DNA of 64,000 bases from a virus. Lineage: Duplodnaviria > Caudoviricetes. Positions 30,601-37,363 of the stretch are shown here, piece after piece (position 1 is the first letter of the stretch; every line of letters begins with the position of its first letter). Made by a program: the position numbers and the translations under genes. The DNA lies in the IMG/VR virus record IMGVR_UViG_3300005805_000063, positions 1 to 64,000 of that record; one strand, given 5' to 3'. The notes beneath the pieces are model-generated. The model had not been told where the DNA came from. It saw only the letters and a program-made list of their open reading frames with translations, and did no database searches.

Positions 30601-32265
30601 TTTAATAGCATCCGTAATACCCGCCCTGTCACGGATAGTGGACATTGTGTTTAGAATCTCTCTGAGAGCAGTTGCATTTCTTGTGTTCTCGTCTCCCGTT
30701 TTTCCATCTTTTGACAAACGACCTGCTTTTTCCCAATCGTTAATCATTTTATGTACAAAACCTTCGTCATTAAAAGCAACAGCTGCTTCAAATGAATCAA
30801 CTAATTCCCTATCATAGTTTGATAACTTTTTAAGAATGGGGTGTGCAATAGCACCGCCAAATGCACCTCCAGCACCTGACTGAAGAATTGCTTCAACTTC
30901 CCTTCCCAAATCCCACTGAAAGCGACCCTGTAGAGGTAGCAGCTCCGCCATTACATTATGCAGACCTCTGATACCAGTATCTACAGTTTGTTCTCCCATT
31001 TCCTCAATACCTTCAAGGAATGAGGTTTTAACATAAGGCTTTGATGAAAGAGATATCAAAGCACTTTCAAACGTTCTGCCTACTCGATTTTGAAAAGATT
31101 TTAATGCAGATTCGGTGAATCCTTTCTTTGCAATTGTAACTCCATAGTCTTGAGCAAGTTTTGGAGCTATTATCTTTTCAAGCTCAAGAGGCCTGATTCC
31201 GCGAACAATCATGTCGCTTAATCCTGACAACTTATATATTGCAGCTGCATTTGCACCATATAGAATTGCAGTTTCAACAGGACTGAGATTATTTTCCCGT
31301 GAAATTTGAGCCATGGGGCCTGCTGCCATTCCAGTCATGTAAATTCGACCGGCTGCTGATGCAGTTTTTGCAGAGCCAGAAAGTGCTCCTGCAACTTTTC
31401 CAACTGCACCCATGCTAAACAACTGCATGACAGAATCAAGACCAAGTTCTGCCAAGTGTACAGGACTAAAGAAGTTTTCTTTGGTTCTATCACTAGAGGG
31501 AAGGAGATTTTGTTTCAGTTGATTTTGTATGCCAGAAACATCTGCTCCAAAAACCCTTGGAAACTCAAGCAATGAGCTGCTTGTACTATTTATAAAATTT
31601 GGAACAGATTTAACTACTGTATAAAATCCCTCAGACAGATAACTGGGATTTAAACCATAAATGCCCATGTTATGGGCAAAAGAATCATAGCTTTCATCAA
31701 AGCTTCTGAACTCCTCATCGGCCTTAATTGGTTCCCAATAAGTACGATTGTGAGAGTCTCTTTTATAATTACCAAATTCATCCTTGGCAAGCTTAATATC
31801 TCCCTTATACTGGGCTACAGGTATATATTCATCTCCTATTTTTACACCTGTTTTAATTGCTTGCTCCCGCTCACTAAATTTCTTGGGAGAATAGTAATCT
31901 CCAAAGTTATTTCTTCCAAAAGGGTCTTCTATCTGAGTTTTTGTTGAAAAACCAATAAGAGGTTTACGAGACCACTTATCTGTTGCAACATCTATATTGA
32001 AGTCAAGTTCGTAATCGGACTTTTTTGTCTGATTGTAAACTTCTTTTTGCTTAGAGTAAAAATCAATAAAAGAGTTCTTATCATTCTTAAAATGCTCCTG
32101 AACAACAGGAGTTTTCCAGTATGTATCGAGATTCTCATCAAAGTTGAAATCAGACGCCTTTACCCCAGCAGCCATCAGCTGAGATGGAGTTTTCAGTTGT
32201 CCCGAGATGGCAGATGCAATCCAGTCTGGTTTCGGAGCTTGAGGAATTTGATTTTCATCTCCCAT
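18661..32265 (-). CDS. Giant virion-packaged RNA polymerase (crAss/phi14:2 gp66-like) fused to an SF1 helicase, with inserted GNAT-like and SLOG-like domains
   Basis: 4534 aa. Catalytic DxDxD as VQGADQDYDK (nt 20935-20949), preceded by ARIPTSG. Beta-like motifs DMVKRSK, WMDGATLVTP and FVKNAEF. Helicase motifs GGPGTGKT, IIFDEA, YDEAQ, SQGDEWDYV and YTAVTRAK. Occupies the cargo position after the muzzle gene. Confidence 0.85.
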   Translation of the reverse strand: MGDENQIPQAPKPDWIASAISGQLKTPSQLMAAGVKASDFNFDENLDTYWKTPVVQEHFKNDKNSFIDFYSKQKEVYNQTKKSDYELDFNIDVATDKWSRKPLIGFSTKTQIEDPFGRNNFGDYYSPKKFSEREQAIKTGVKIGDEYIPVAQYKGDIKLAKDEFGNYKRDSHNRTYWEPIKADEEFRSFDESYDSFAHNMGIYGLNPSYLSEGFYTVVKSVPNFINSTSSSLLEFPRVFGADVSGIQNQLKQNLLPSSDRTKENFFSPVHLAELGLDSVMQLFSMGAVGKVAGALSGSAKTASAAGRIYMTGMAAGPMAQISRENNLSPVETAILYGANAAAIYKLSGLSDMIVRGIRPLELEKIIAPKLAQDYGVTIAKKGFTESALKSFQNRVGRTFESALISLSSKPYVKTSFLEGIEEMGEQTVDTGIRGLHNVMAELLPLQGRFQWDLGREVEAILQSGAGGAFGGAIAHPILKKLSNYDRELVDSFEAAVAFNDEGFVHKMINDWEKAGRLSKDGKTGDENTRNATALREILNTMSTIRDRAGITDAIKNNEKKAGIFADILKSSSIGRDKIILQNELATLTNQLENAEKADDKQLIENLTKQVEAKKAEISEFNSGSQVSRYITEGLYNVESNPHLKSTVIDSSDLGIEGLTEFGLRNNDHFNGKLFTLMNTDSRNNRDRLKSEVSKRNQELIQNSAKANLDNFNELDITPDAKQRLLDEANARRNQEVENYKNSGVDNIINEIFADDEDFDASLVHTSNPEFSFRFSQEVLKRAVEPYKNEEWYAKVAPLFAAEELVNKVSQKKTYKTAPDIEGDSHLYYDFENGKSTVPLESKLEELARAAGQLTGTPKEESDRLSKMFVSPEPDRIIQVIDDRISQVLGNYALKNKKGYNEIISAEVYDTKNALLTLATLKGQFAQLKALSDENEKNTDARILQVYIKSLEKQFNVLQNFVKLLETDIPKIGEIFSEHEVEMQEALDKQDYISYRRESLQVDKKMFDFVRSQRTEVLQKLQKTFKGGDPELLSDEGILAKNTYDYARAVLSNDPTKFVQAAREVIAELKPDVKTPTREHQLVAELALRNAMAGNYDFRVKNSSRELFHLSYTSAVNGGPGTGKTVTEIPFIAAMINKMTGGNVIVTAYKDPSGKKIQKVRSDVEKFFKGKPDFIQHSDSSLIDILKSNEVKNVSAIIFDEAALLSASELNKINTELLRVNQSRPNNPVHLIYTYDEAQNGFREKNSKTTYSITSPVISVPSTPRLTFSFRSVNNPLKALENALRNSQFSNALPSNIALNYDKDFNGVRFVSNKEELEKLVVDLATKLKSEKNLSSMVYINANPENTAVSSASALSLNVLDSVQSQGDEWDYVVVDTSDGEIFGSSIRQKEVYTAVTRAKKGVIVYASPSMPVSSVEGVVKEFKPMTPPEISQQTMLGEIDSILQGQTIDSSFNPAETIKTPSQAVPPVVQTPTTTETSAPSPVSQDDLEMADYRRIMNAMTNTENRVLLNTFYDVQGELEIKKSILFNPSVRDNSNYQVTIAKIGSPGYVADARIDSSKFNGKYAIFLEAVTPDNKRAVLGVIYRAGGEKVETTLRNLNIITQGETKDIVATYPVSNNILRAGQFFHPFIENESSSKNVSPDGNKQSEAVDKKTYSNILSEAKSKGIAVSPILIATADIINSKGKVSVLKGEPFVALSYKHSARQMYNNEFDVLGDDIKTMTLNRESLSLDQIVELLSPFYSRNQKGYYEATSAEFKNLYNSFWQSPRSKGKRLYEEIFNNVKQELSKKDPQVDMFLKKMDVERKAHEVILANGKKIRVEGGYPVEYLLDDYVKISLEKDAKKLLNMNSEPKRKLLMAMMENKAFSRGLRFSPVLSKGSSGFEQNLYAQSVPYQENFLNRVISANYFKLDLPKIQIPIEAVLSEISTQNKEAAPVQPVGKTVQQTVQQSVQESVQGPAISVNPISIVEFRRREFPNQPNLARKAIDKFKKDVVASHLVLTVPEGGTPRILDANEAMTNLKKIYLSNGNLMSQKTNTESRIQYALGSNFNGLLAQYFPSIKYNSSKDEYYYGNDLSKSGSFAEKEMENLLGDGMNSIVKTYLYNTRLANGNYITSKNISNVLKLIKNNTNSDGQAIRTLDEIAEVLSNSSLPEAKAIYKRFFSKSPEPSSVTGSQTNNLTYSTRGVETPAGQNLTNAILSFLTKGQVYSPGFVDVNVYYDENTSSEQRTAKLPIGGFNPQYIKTQFLDKFARILSTGRISVSNGDVNLNGQLYTVEKNVTPENALRMLKGMGFEGFTSEMLQDAIAVDPTILGQIQDYFFASVKNYNKKQASLPSLGLVMDKIIEQFVSAKGLGNDFSFKDGTGKRQYGLRDSAPIFHLKHVVSSAQKSPLLQTNLLVDGNSSYGISSKPPFTHLGFKINKNGFEFTKSVSQLTVPELLDLYLIEGYVTQIENGRNEATFPITVYADASQEISPIFYSNNFLQPAEKTLGDLFDSRTKYYAGLEFKILNDYREVGISAKSIGELNSILSKLTEDQINTLISYPNMVSGVHYNEKSVKGPLSIKQELIDDINMYMNPANKQAFIDRILADAQKVVEYSKNQRGGGVTLYNQIAITSSKATPEEFIKTFYANWLLFSGEFQHLMNGPKYQYKESGQKAFIDMVKRSKSLISPESYFILRNKNWAADVALFRQQNPGKPLPYSLMYEGKKLSRVANVMRFEDPINNVLKFSNGQIVSQKWMDGATLVTPFTRIKQNYSSALDAGPFVGPVMKNITHSNDFESGTKSFVKNAEFEITPYILENGNEFVIEKFVQMTSAMTFPEVIQVNGESVSNAYQLIIALGMNPNFSNATKQEGIFEKAMDIMVENGFQDYIVDEAIFQSSEKTGQRGVNKLSDPNPKVSTIDITMKGIQQDGAKDPSQGMEVNVLTQLVNAIAINWVNSPVLKKFYDTLSDMTKSYIQELSKMKVAERVKYFSEIMREDLLSTDGSNYRTDAASVNRLSINDRTIAPKYTQTIATNIRNSAVAFGLQGGHFVIHPSLMDVYEVEEISTEEAAPNTSEIQLDEPRFNPDNFEATSYPIKINGKYAGVISVDKNGYISSSIGMAGVELEKEFQGKGYGTKVYIALAEQLAKEGKTLKSEAFGKADINKSANKVWKSLLDKGYAIDKGSYFEVQLKNKQQAQQLYSQYAEVEAKKADIERIEIPRYFTFRELGGAKGKSGKALSSVEADKNNEIAENFKKQLQEGDKLIEPNGRVTYFRNGKVVKADGSMRGMVDIPDFINGVIIERSKVSVSDKKADIEKSKTLTKEYGEVIAPEGVTVEQKLSKIGKFFKDNFGWNITYIKASKEDNRVEFTIDGKQINLPEGATIRLMGGQVYAAFTIEDVINAKYDAELAALSQPQAGQSAVKPTIYEINNPAEYTNHSGGALGADSIWDDEGRKVGVVNHQHYYYGNKTPKGNVLLTKEQLQEGIAEMRKAAVVLGKNPQKTETINLLARNWFQVKNSEQIVAVAPISEDMKTVEGGTGWAVAMGQANNREIHVFNQKDNNWYTWNGQMFVQSAVPVLKKNFAGIGTRQITEQGKQAIRDVYANTFAQPQANITTKSPVKRILLKSQVRNLDTQKYKITSRRLKWQSPVREDGVSLTEMYETGIDQETINNSLRNDKWSKGFAEILLPAEMFEDFELDDVIANNIPIDEINERYFLQKLLTPDEFNSKIISDNKKKRAKLMYESFRTRLEGVMARIPTSGKHSAVSTVIAGFFQGSMNSVMVPAELFTVQGADQDYDKGSYVTYQSIKEYTMVDPTVKGGREIKTYDPRNPNYSQFVVKNVRPTGLIPFESNLNEIKSVKNFSKEDLKAIQKIAQKNELARAMNDVLSDSKSLIELNTTLEDVMTELRALKEVILEGSSEEQKLKFDHLMSLLQIHEMNQAGGKNLVGIFANGAKAYNVIYLAKRLKEIKEGKDFSGEPDKIWENFASLISAAVDNANEGVLGPLSFDQITAPYISYLVSTGMSISQIAEYINAKKPFFDAIRKSKEYNSTKGFNINSQPLEMQKLYLYKTEWDVLTQSLINRDIPITMEDIASHILTLENYVNMSYSKAGLQTEPFNFERFFSDDRSYAERQIKLYDSLIATGNHDNNILEIFDNAPHMRAYQEAIAQAHNMFKDIKAYNTIYAVTSENLRNEALLSEPKEGVSINYRYNPKNFTRDYNTVHGMYIHAYLNSRDTSLITTANLGSYEGRIQFINEVNNSLLNLKSKYPDNEFIKDLTLDTNDFTKESKIRMYDFYDMNDDLRALYMEEFQRLEPIDRKRLFIYNLIVTRDRNSKGSFTSLMSIDDKSDYINFLDYEVNIPNKSLADAINQEIANEHGRAKLNNLAIPYSDFKFEKNPAKLVGKKTYISKDFKEPINVEYVTYINKLSISPYAAAVIMVNNNPVVRVDKKVLEVNFRMKRWTSPVKLADGTYSTALPYNAFETLEQYENFNIEYEYLAFKNSQMPVNDRIQRALMNVGKNKFVPYTTNKETENNMAKCSIKVYDEVSGSYVNPR
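22380..22702. repeat. Pair of exact 20-bp direct repeats (TTTCTATATCAGCTTTCTTA; encodes part of KKADIE) 303 bp apart, in frame, inside the vRNAP insert
   Basis: Read directly at 22380-22399 and 22683-22702. Confidence 0.85.
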
Positions 32266-32273
32266 GTTATGCT

Positions 32274-34016
32274 TTAATTATTTTGGTTGAGGGTTTCAAA
32301 TGTTGCAAAACGCCGTTTGTTTGCTTCAATAAACTCGTTTGTACCAACTTCATCTCCGGTAGGATAGTAATTATTAGCCTTTGGCTCATATCCCGCAGGA
32401 ATACCGGACAGTTTATTAAACAGTTTGGGGTCGGTATACTCACCAAAGATAGGAAATTCCCAAACATCATTATTAAATGCACTACGCCAAAAAGATTCAT
32501 TTTCTCTAGAACCAGATGTTGTATGCAGTTTTAATTCATTTATTGTATTGTCATCTACCTGACTTGGAGCATATCCTATTGAGGTAAGGAAATTATATAC
32601 CTGCTTATAGTCATCAGATGTTCTATCCCCTTGAAATTGACCTTTAAGTATTACTGCACTAGATACTGGATTTTTAGTATCTTCTCTTGCACCAATTACT
32701 TCCTTTAAACCTTTTCCAGAATTGCTTATAAGTGTAGAACCTAAGAAATCCGGCTTTGCAACAATTTCGCTGAAGAGCTTTTGCATAGCGGGAGGAATTG
32801 GGACTAGTTTCCCAGCATTAGGACCATCAACCGCTGGAATGTACATGTTCTGAGCTCCAATTGCCTGAGTTGCATATAAATCATTAAAGTTCCTTTTTGC
32901 AACAGGAGACTCGTCATCTCTAACTTTAACGGATGTTTTAGATTTATCTAAAATAGTAGAAGGGTCAACTCGATGATATGGAACTTCAGACTTTCTACCG
33001 CCAAATCCAAAGTCAATATATTCAGAAGGTCTTCCTAAACCTCCGGTTGCCTGCAATTCAAAATGACTTATGGGAGCCAATCCCTGTAATTCCTTGGAGG
33101 CTTGGAGACTAGTGCTTACTCCAACTCCCCTTTCTTGTACATATTGAGACTCGGCAATTTCTTTGATAAAATTCAAAAAGTATTGATTTGCCTGTTCTTC
33201 ACTTGGTTTTACACCTTCATTTAACGCCTTAGTTACATAAGCACCATAAATTGTATTTTTCTCCTGAACAGAAAGTCCAATTCCGTTTAATAAAAGATTT
33301 GCCTTTTTTGCAATAGAAGCTCGATTGTCTTTTGTGGTAACATTGTAAAGATTTCCAACAGCTTCATCTTTTACATAACCTTTTGTATCTAAAAAGTTAT
33401 TTACAGAATTACGAACATCTTCCATTTTAGCCATGTTCATGGCAAATGGCTCATCTTTATTAACAAAGCCTCTTACTGATGTTAAATGATTATATTGTTC
33501 AGCACCTGTTATGGGAGTATATTCATTTTCATTAAATAAGAAGGCAGATACATTTTCTACTGCTTTTGTTTTCTTATTAATTGCTTTTATACGACCTGAA
33601 TCGTAATTGTAATATGGAAGATTTCCCTTTTCAGATTCCTTTTTATATTCTTCTTGAGAAAGCTTAAATGCATTTTGAGCGTAATTAAGTTTTGGATTGT
33701 TTACATAATACTGTAATCCTTTTACTTTATCTTTCCCTTCCCTGCTAAAAGCATAAAAAGGATTCTCATTATACTTATTTAAGTAATCGGTTATTTGAGA
33801 CTGTATCTCAGAAGTAACAAGCGATGCACTAGCTGGGTCAAGGTCATACTTACTTACCGTATCCATCAATTTTGCATAGTCAGGGGTAAGCTGAGCAGCT
33901 TCTGCTAAAAGCTGAGACCTACCCTGACGCGCAATTGCATTTCTAATTCCTTTTCTTGATGGACCTGTAACCCTGAAGCCTTGTGCAGGAGGAATCAAAG
34001 AATCTAAATCAGCCAT
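32274..34016 (-). CDS. Putative ejected/cargo virion protein
   Basis: 580 aa with a helical N-terminus; lies between the small cargo genes and the vRNAP, as in crAss-like gene order. Confidence 0.55.
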   Translation of the reverse strand: MADLDSLIPPAQGFRVTGPSRKGIRNAIARQGRSQLLAEAAQLTPDYAKLMDTVSKYDLDPASASLVTSEIQSQITDYLNKYNENPFYAFSREGKDKVKGLQYYVNNPKLNYAQNAFKLSQEEYKKESEKGNLPYYNYDSGRIKAINKKTKAVENVSAFLFNENEYTPITGAEQYNHLTSVRGFVNKDEPFAMNMAKMEDVRNSVNNFLDTKGYVKDEAVGNLYNVTTKDNRASIAKKANLLLNGIGLSVQEKNTIYGAYVTKALNEGVKPSEEQANQYFLNFIKEIAESQYVQERGVGVSTSLQASKELQGLAPISHFELQATGGLGRPSEYIDFGFGGRKSEVPYHRVDPSTILDKSKTSVKVRDDESPVAKRNFNDLYATQAIGAQNMYIPAVDGPNAGKLVPIPPAMQKLFSEIVAKPDFLGSTLISNSGKGLKEVIGAREDTKNPVSSAVILKGQFQGDRTSDDYKQVYNFLTSIGYAPSQVDDNTINELKLHTTSGSRENESFWRSAFNNDVWEFPIFGEYTDPKLFNKLSGIPAGYEPKANNYYPTGDEVGTNEFIEANKRRFATFETLNQNN

Positions 34017-34017
34017 A

Positions 34018-36282
34018 TTATTTCCTTAACAGATTTGCCGCTTTGAGTTTCATTCCCTTCTTGCCCTTTGTAGGTTCCTTTGTAGGTTGCGGAAGCATTG
34101 AATTAAAATATTGTTGAGCTGATTTAACATTTTCAGGACCATATCGCTCTGGATTTTTCAATACTTCCATTGCCATATCTCGCTGTGATTGTGCTTTATC
34201 AGCTGCTCCATAACGCATCCTGTCAACAAGATTTGCAAATGCAGTTTCGTAACCCTGTTGCTTATTCGCAAAATTTTGAGCACCAGTCTGCCAATCAAAA
34301 TATGACTTTCTACCCGCTTGCTCAGCTGCCATTTGAGCATTAAACATATCTGCCTTGTTTTGCATTTCCATTGCTTGGGCTGCAGTTTGTCTCTTTTGCA
34401 ATGCATTTTGAGTCTGCCACTGATTTTGAATCTGTTTGTTCTGAGCCTCTGCCATGTTTCCGTACATAAGCTTTTCCCTTGAATCGGCAGTCATACGGTC
34501 ATAAGCAGGTTGAACATTCATTACTTGTGGCTTGGGAAGATCCGATGGTACAGGAGTCCTGAAATTGACTTTCTGAACAGGACCCATTTTGATTTTAGGC
34601 ATCTTTTGAGTTGATGCTAAAAGAGGAGCTCCTACAATAAGACCAGTCTCGAGTGCATTTCCCCAATCAAATTTGTTTTGACTCTTTCCTCCGCCCATTG
34701 ATTCACTCGTATACAATCCACTTCTACTAATCTGACCGGCTGTTTCTGCAAGTTGTAGTCCGAATTGTCCTTTAGGAAGAATGCCTCCAAATTTCCTCAT
34801 GTGCATACCTCCTTCTTCGGCCATTCTGCGAGAAGCTTCTTCAGTCCTTTTAATATTGGCATTTATTTGAGCTTGATTTCGCCTTGCTTGTGCAGCTTTT
34901 TGTTTTACATATTTATCAGCTGCAATCTCCCTTCTAATTTCAGTTCTTGTCTTTGGAGCTTTTGTTGCATACTCACCCATAATAGGCTTTTGGGGGCGAG
35001 GCTGTGCTTTTGGCAGCCCAAGAAGTTCTTTAGAAGTTACTGGCTGAGAAGTAGGAGTTGTAATTGTCTGTCCGGATGAGGGATTATAATTAACACCTCG
35101 TTCTCTTGCCATACGGCTTATTTTTGGTTCTGGAAGTCCCAAAGGTTGTTTTGCAGCAGGAGTTACAGGAGCCGAAGGTTTTACAGGACTTGTTTTAGGA
35201 GCAGATTTAAAAAATGAGGCAGCTTTATTAAATCCTTGTTTTGCAGCTTGTTGAAAACCTTTATTTTTTATCAAATTATAGGCAGACTTTGTCAACTGAG
35301 GAAGTTGTGTAATTCCTTTTGCAATTGGTCCTGCTGTAAATGCTGTTACTGCTGCATTAACAATCTCTGCTTTTCTTTCATCTGAAAGTTCTTTAAAAGC
35401 ATCGCTTACAATAATATCCCTATTTTTATAAGGATATGTTTTTTTAAGCTGAATCATTTTATCATATAGCTTTTGATTAAATTCTTTTGCAGGACTATAT
35501 GATTTTTGAGTAAGAACATTTCCGTAATATCCCATGCCCTTATGGGCATTTTCTACAAATAAACTCTCTGCCGGATAGACAGCACGACTTCTAAAAAACT
35601 CATCATCTGATAGTTGTTTGCCCATGTGAGCAAAATGAGCGTCTTCCTCACCGGTAAAGTCTGATTCGGGTCTTTTTAATAAATCCGGAATCTGAACTTT
35701 TGTAGGCTTTACACTAGGTCTTTTCTTAGGTTCTGTAGGGGGAGTATTCAAATCCCCAGATTTTGGTTTATCGCCGTCTCCAGATTTTGGAGGTTCATTG
35801 TCTCCAGATTTTAGAGATTCATTGTCTCCAGATTTTGGTTTATCGCCATCTTGAGAAACAGTAGAAGTAGTAGTGGGAGCCGACTTTCCAATTAAAGTCG
35901 AAGTGAGACCAGCAAGATAGTTGACATTACGTCCAAGGCCCATCAATCTTGCAGGAGTTGTTTTATCCCGCATTCCTGTTGTGCGAGTGGAGGTAGGTTG
36001 AGGAGTTGCACCAGCATCCGTTTTGAAAATGGTATTAAACCTTTTTCCAGATTGATTGAATACAATATCCGCATTTTCATTTGTTTGAAAATGCTCAAGG
36101 CCTTTTACTGCCCTTCTGATATCCCTCTTTGAAAAACCAGCCTCTTCTCCAAGAGTTTGGATATCCTCTGCATTGACATCAGAAATATTCTTATTAAACT
36201 TCTTGCTAAGAAGTTCTGCTGCAGATATGCCTTCGGTGGCTAATCCGGTTTTTCTTGAACTACTTCCAAACTTCTTTGCCAT
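34018..36282 (-). CDS. Putative ejected/cargo virion protein (low-complexity, Lys/Pro/Gln-rich)
   Basis: 754 aa; xxGG linker motifs, a possible membrane-interacting segment (GLIVGAPLLAS), Q/A-rich coiled coil and C-terminal KGKKGMKLK. Confidence 0.55.
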   Translation of the reverse strand: MAKKFGSSSRKTGLATEGISAAELLSKKFNKNISDVNAEDIQTLGEEAGFSKRDIRRAVKGLEHFQTNENADIVFNQSGKRFNTIFKTDAGATPQPTSTRTTGMRDKTTPARLMGLGRNVNYLAGLTSTLIGKSAPTTTSTVSQDGDKPKSGDNESLKSGDNEPPKSGDGDKPKSGDLNTPPTEPKKRPSVKPTKVQIPDLLKRPESDFTGEEDAHFAHMGKQLSDDEFFRSRAVYPAESLFVENAHKGMGYYGNVLTQKSYSPAKEFNQKLYDKMIQLKKTYPYKNRDIIVSDAFKELSDERKAEIVNAAVTAFTAGPIAKGITQLPQLTKSAYNLIKNKGFQQAAKQGFNKAASFFKSAPKTSPVKPSAPVTPAAKQPLGLPEPKISRMARERGVNYNPSSGQTITTPTSQPVTSKELLGLPKAQPRPQKPIMGEYATKAPKTRTEIRREIAADKYVKQKAAQARRNQAQINANIKRTEEASRRMAEEGGMHMRKFGGILPKGQFGLQLAETAGQISRSGLYTSESMGGGKSQNKFDWGNALETGLIVGAPLLASTQKMPKIKMGPVQKVNFRTPVPSDLPKPQVMNVQPAYDRMTADSREKLMYGNMAEAQNKQIQNQWQTQNALQKRQTAAQAMEMQNKADMFNAQMAAEQAGRKSYFDWQTGAQNFANKQQGYETAFANLVDRMRYGAADKAQSQRDMAMEVLKNPERYGPENVKSAQQYFNSMLPQPTKEPTKGKKGMKLKAANLLRK
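35753..35850. repeat. In-frame 24-bp tandem repeat, 4 copies (KSGD-N/G-xxx octapeptide)
   Basis: CCAGATTTT recurs at 35756, 35780, 35804 and 35828; the protein reads GDKPKSGDNESLKSGDNEPPKSGDGDKPKSGD. Confidence 0.85.
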
Positions 36283-36285
36283 AAC

Positions 36286-36843
36286 TTAAATGGTTTCCAT
36301 TGTATCGGGTTCCTGACCAAATTGATTAGCGGCTTCTGCAGCCCGTGCTTCCGGAGCCTCTCCTGCAGCCATTTCTTGTTCTTGTGCCGCCTGACTTTCT
36401 TCTTGGCTTGAAATCATTTCCACTACTGCAAAGCCAAGTTGCATAGCCATCTGCTGAGCGGTCTGCTCATCGCCTGATTCCATAGCCTGTGCAATCTGCA
36501 TGGCAGCTTGCTCAAGCATCTGAGTATGCTCGCGTGAGAATACGCGCTCGCCACCTTCAATCTCTGCTACCGGTTCACCGGTATCCTCCTGCTGTACCTG
36601 AATACCACCTTCAGAGTGACTAGGTCCTTGTGCAAGACCACCATCCTGAAGAGGCTGCATGTAACCACCATTCTGCATATGAGCAGAAGTCATACCACGA
36701 GCAAGTTCGTACCGCATGCTTGACTCATTCGATACTTTGCCTCCATCACCGTATACCTTGCGGATGACACTTTCGTCACCAGAGATTTCGGTGGTCTTCT
36801 TAATAGTAAATTTAGGCTTTTCAGCCTTTGCTTGATTCATCAT
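36286..36843 (-). CDS. Small cargo/ejection-type protein
   Basis: 185 aa. GGLAQGPSHSEGGI...EIEGGERVF motif of the kind seen in crAss-like cargo proteins; Q/A/E-rich tail. Confidence 0.55.
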   Translation of the reverse strand: MMNQAKAEKPKFTIKKTTEISGDESVIRKVYGDGGKVSNESSMRYELARGMTSAHMQNGGYMQPLQDGGLAQGPSHSEGGIQVQQEDTGEPVAEIEGGERVFSREHTQMLEQAAMQIAQAMESGDEQTAQQMAMQLGFAVVEMISSQEESQAAQEQEMAAGEAPEARAAEAANQFGQEPDTMETI

Positions 36844-37358
36844 TTTTTCGAGTATTTAGTTTTGAATTTCATTCCTTTCTTTCCATAAGCCGGAGCCTGG
36901 TATTTGGGCATTTTGTTATAGCTGAGTGCCCCCTCAGTTGCGTTATTAATTGTTTGTCCTGTCAAACGTGCGGATTCATAATCCCTTTTCGCACGCCTTT
37001 CAGCTCCTTGTCCAAATGGTATAAAATTAGCAGCCATTCCTAATCCCTTTAGTCCAAGTCCAACTGCAGTACCTATACCGGGTACAAGCATTGCCAAATC
37101 TCCGGCAGCACTCAGACCGCCTGAAATCTGTTTTTTGGTAGCTTGATTCTTAGCTAAAGTCTTATTGTAATTATTTGCTGCAACGTTTGCCCAAGGATTT
37201 CCATCTTCAAAATCAATGGTGGAATTACTCCTTGCACCAAAGGCATTTCCCAAAACATCAAAGCCAGCACCAATTCCTTTCATTGATGACTGACTTAGAA
37301 AACCTCCTTTTTGATACTTAAAAGGCTTTTTAGCAAATTTTGATTTGGCTGTTTTCAT
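36840..37358 (-). CDS. Small ejection protein with glycine-rich hydrophobic helices (possible membrane channel former)
   Basis: 172 aa. GGLSAAGDLAMLVPGIGTAVGLGLKGLG segment; directly after the muzzle gene, the position of cargo protein 1 in crAss-like phages. Confidence 0.5.
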   Translation of the reverse strand: MKTAKSKFAKKPFKYQKGGFLSQSSMKGIGAGFDVLGNAFGARSNSTIDFEDGNPWANVAANNYNKTLAKNQATKKQISGGLSAAGDLAMLVPGIGTAVGLGLKGLGMAANFIPFGQGAERRAKRDYESARLTGQTINNATEGALSYNKMPKYQAPAYGKKGMKFKTKYSKK

Positions 37359-37363
37359 GCAGT

